Source of the DNA: an uncultured Gemmatimonadales bacterium
Lineage (GTDB): Bacteria > Gemmatimonadota > Gemmatimonadetes > Longimicrobiales > Gaopeijiaceae
DNA: 64,000 nt
Direction of reading: 5' to 3'
Assembly: GCA_963823035.1 (NCBI GenBank)
Contig: CAWGKG010000018.1
Location: 256,001-320,000 of the forward strand
Under the pieces are notes generated by a model. The model saw nothing but the letters and a program-made list of their open reading frames with translations, was not told the origin of the DNA and did no database searches. The position numbers were made by a program, and so were the translations under genes. This document shows positions 63,043 through 64,000 of this stretch, piece after piece (position 1 is the first letter of the stretch; each line of letters starts with the position of its first letter).

Positions 63043-63708
63043 TCAGTCTTCGTCCTCGTCCCCGCCCTCTCCGACGACCTCGGGCTCGGCCGCCTCACCT
63101 GGCTCGACACCCTCCTCACCTTCCGCGCCCTCCTCGATGGCGGCACGCGGCGCCGAGACCAGACACAGCGTCCGATCCAGATCGATCGTCGGCTCCACGC
63201 CCTCGGGCAGCTGGATGTCCTCCAGGTGGAGGGAGTCGTCGATGTCCAACGCGCTCACGTCCACCTCGATGATCTCGGGGATCAAGTGGGGGAGGCAGCG
63301 CACCGGCAACTCGTGGATGATCTGCTCCAGCACGCCGCCGGACTGCTTCACGCCCACCGGGGTGCCGACCAGCTCGACCGGCACCTCGACGTCCACCACC
63401 ACGTCGCTCTGGATGCGCAGGAAGTCGACGTGGACCACCTCGTATCGGTATGCGTGGCTCTGGATCTCGCGCACGAGGATCTGGTGCCTCTCCCCTTCGC
63501 CCTCGATCTCCAGCTCCACGATCGTGTTCTCGACCGAGATCGACTGGAAGAGGCGCTCGACCTCCATGGCGTCGAGGGAGAGGGACACCGATTCCATGTC
63601 CTTGCCGTAGAGCACGGCGGGCACCCGCCCGGTCCGGCGGAGCTTGCGCGCCGCGCCCTTCCCTCCCGCCTCGCGCTTCGAGGCCTTGAGGCTCTTCGTG
63701 ATCGTCAT
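63043..63708 (-). CDS. rplY: 50S ribosomal protein bL25/Ctc
   Basis: GKGAARKLRR.GRVPAVLYG, HVDF, GVKQSGGVL, acidic tail. Confidence 0.96.
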   Translation of the reverse strand: MTITKSLKASKREAGGKGAARKLRRTGRVPAVLYGKDMESVSLSLDAMEVERLFQSISVENTIVELEIEGEGERHQILVREIQSHAYRYEVVHVDFLRIQSDVVVDVEVPVELVGTPVGVKQSGGVLEQIIHELPVRCLPHLIPEIIEVDVSALDIDDSLHLEDIQLPEGVEPTIDLDRTLCLVSAPRAAIEEGAEGEEGVEPGEAAEPEVVGEGGDEDED

Positions 63709-63723
63709 GTCGTACCGCCCGCT

Positions 63724-64000
63724 TCAGTTGTCCGGAGTGATCTCGAAGAGCTGGCTCACAGACTCGTTCGAGTGGATATGGTCGATGGCCTTCGACAGCA
63801 GGTCCGCCACCGAGAGGATGCGCAGCCCGGGGAAGCGTCGCTCCTCCGGGACGTGAATCGTGTTCGTCACCACCATCTCCTCGAGCGGCGCCTCGGCCAG
63901 CCTTTCGGCAGCCGGGCCGGAGAGGAGTGCGTGCGTCGCGCACGCGTACACCGCCTTCGCGCCACGGTCGCGCAGCGCGTGCACCGCGTTGGCGAGGGTG
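63724..64000 (-). CDS. prs: Ribose-phosphate pyrophosphokinase (3' end only; truncated by window)
   Basis: ACATHALLSG, VVTNTI, LSVADLL.KAI..IH..ESVSQLF; prs-rplY-pth synteny. Confidence 0.93.
   Translation of the reverse strand, partial: TLANAVHALRDRGAKAVYACATHALLSGPAAERLAEAPLEEMVVTNTIHVPEERRFPGLRILSVADLLSKAIDHIHSNESVSQLFEITPDN

Overview
This is a high-GC bacterial chromosome segment. Gene content and order (ffs-dnaX-ybaB-recR-mglA-pgsA-cinA-grpE-dnaJ; prs-rplY-pth; a short FCB-type sigma70; carboxypeptidase-regulatory-domain proteins) suggest Gemmatimonadota (inference). Most of it is core genome: sigma factor, lepB, riboswitch-controlled btuB-like receptor, pntAB, a MacAB-TolC-like exporter, iscS-mnmA, aroF, smc, rsfS, rplI and hppA. 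No transposase, integrase, CRISPR array, rRNA or tRNA was recognised. About 14 genes are split by apparent 1-nt indels, probably sequencing/assembly errors, so some coordinates are approximate. The most notable observations are: (1) ribosomal proteins bS6 and bS18 are encoded as one fused ORF with an acidic linker, and no stop codon exists in any coding-strand frame across the junction; (2) a candidate competence-pilus module (FimT/PilV/PilW-Fn3/ComZ-like, next to comM) lies divergent from a LytTR regulator whose receiver has lost its phosphorylation residues, with an exact AlgR-type box between them; (3) a degenerate BY-kinase/MinD-like domain is fused to a TM helix and SPOR-like domains upstream of smc; (4) the SRP RNA has a non-GNRA apical loop; (5) there is an unannotated 46-aa membrane protein and a 9-bp-periodic inverted repeat.
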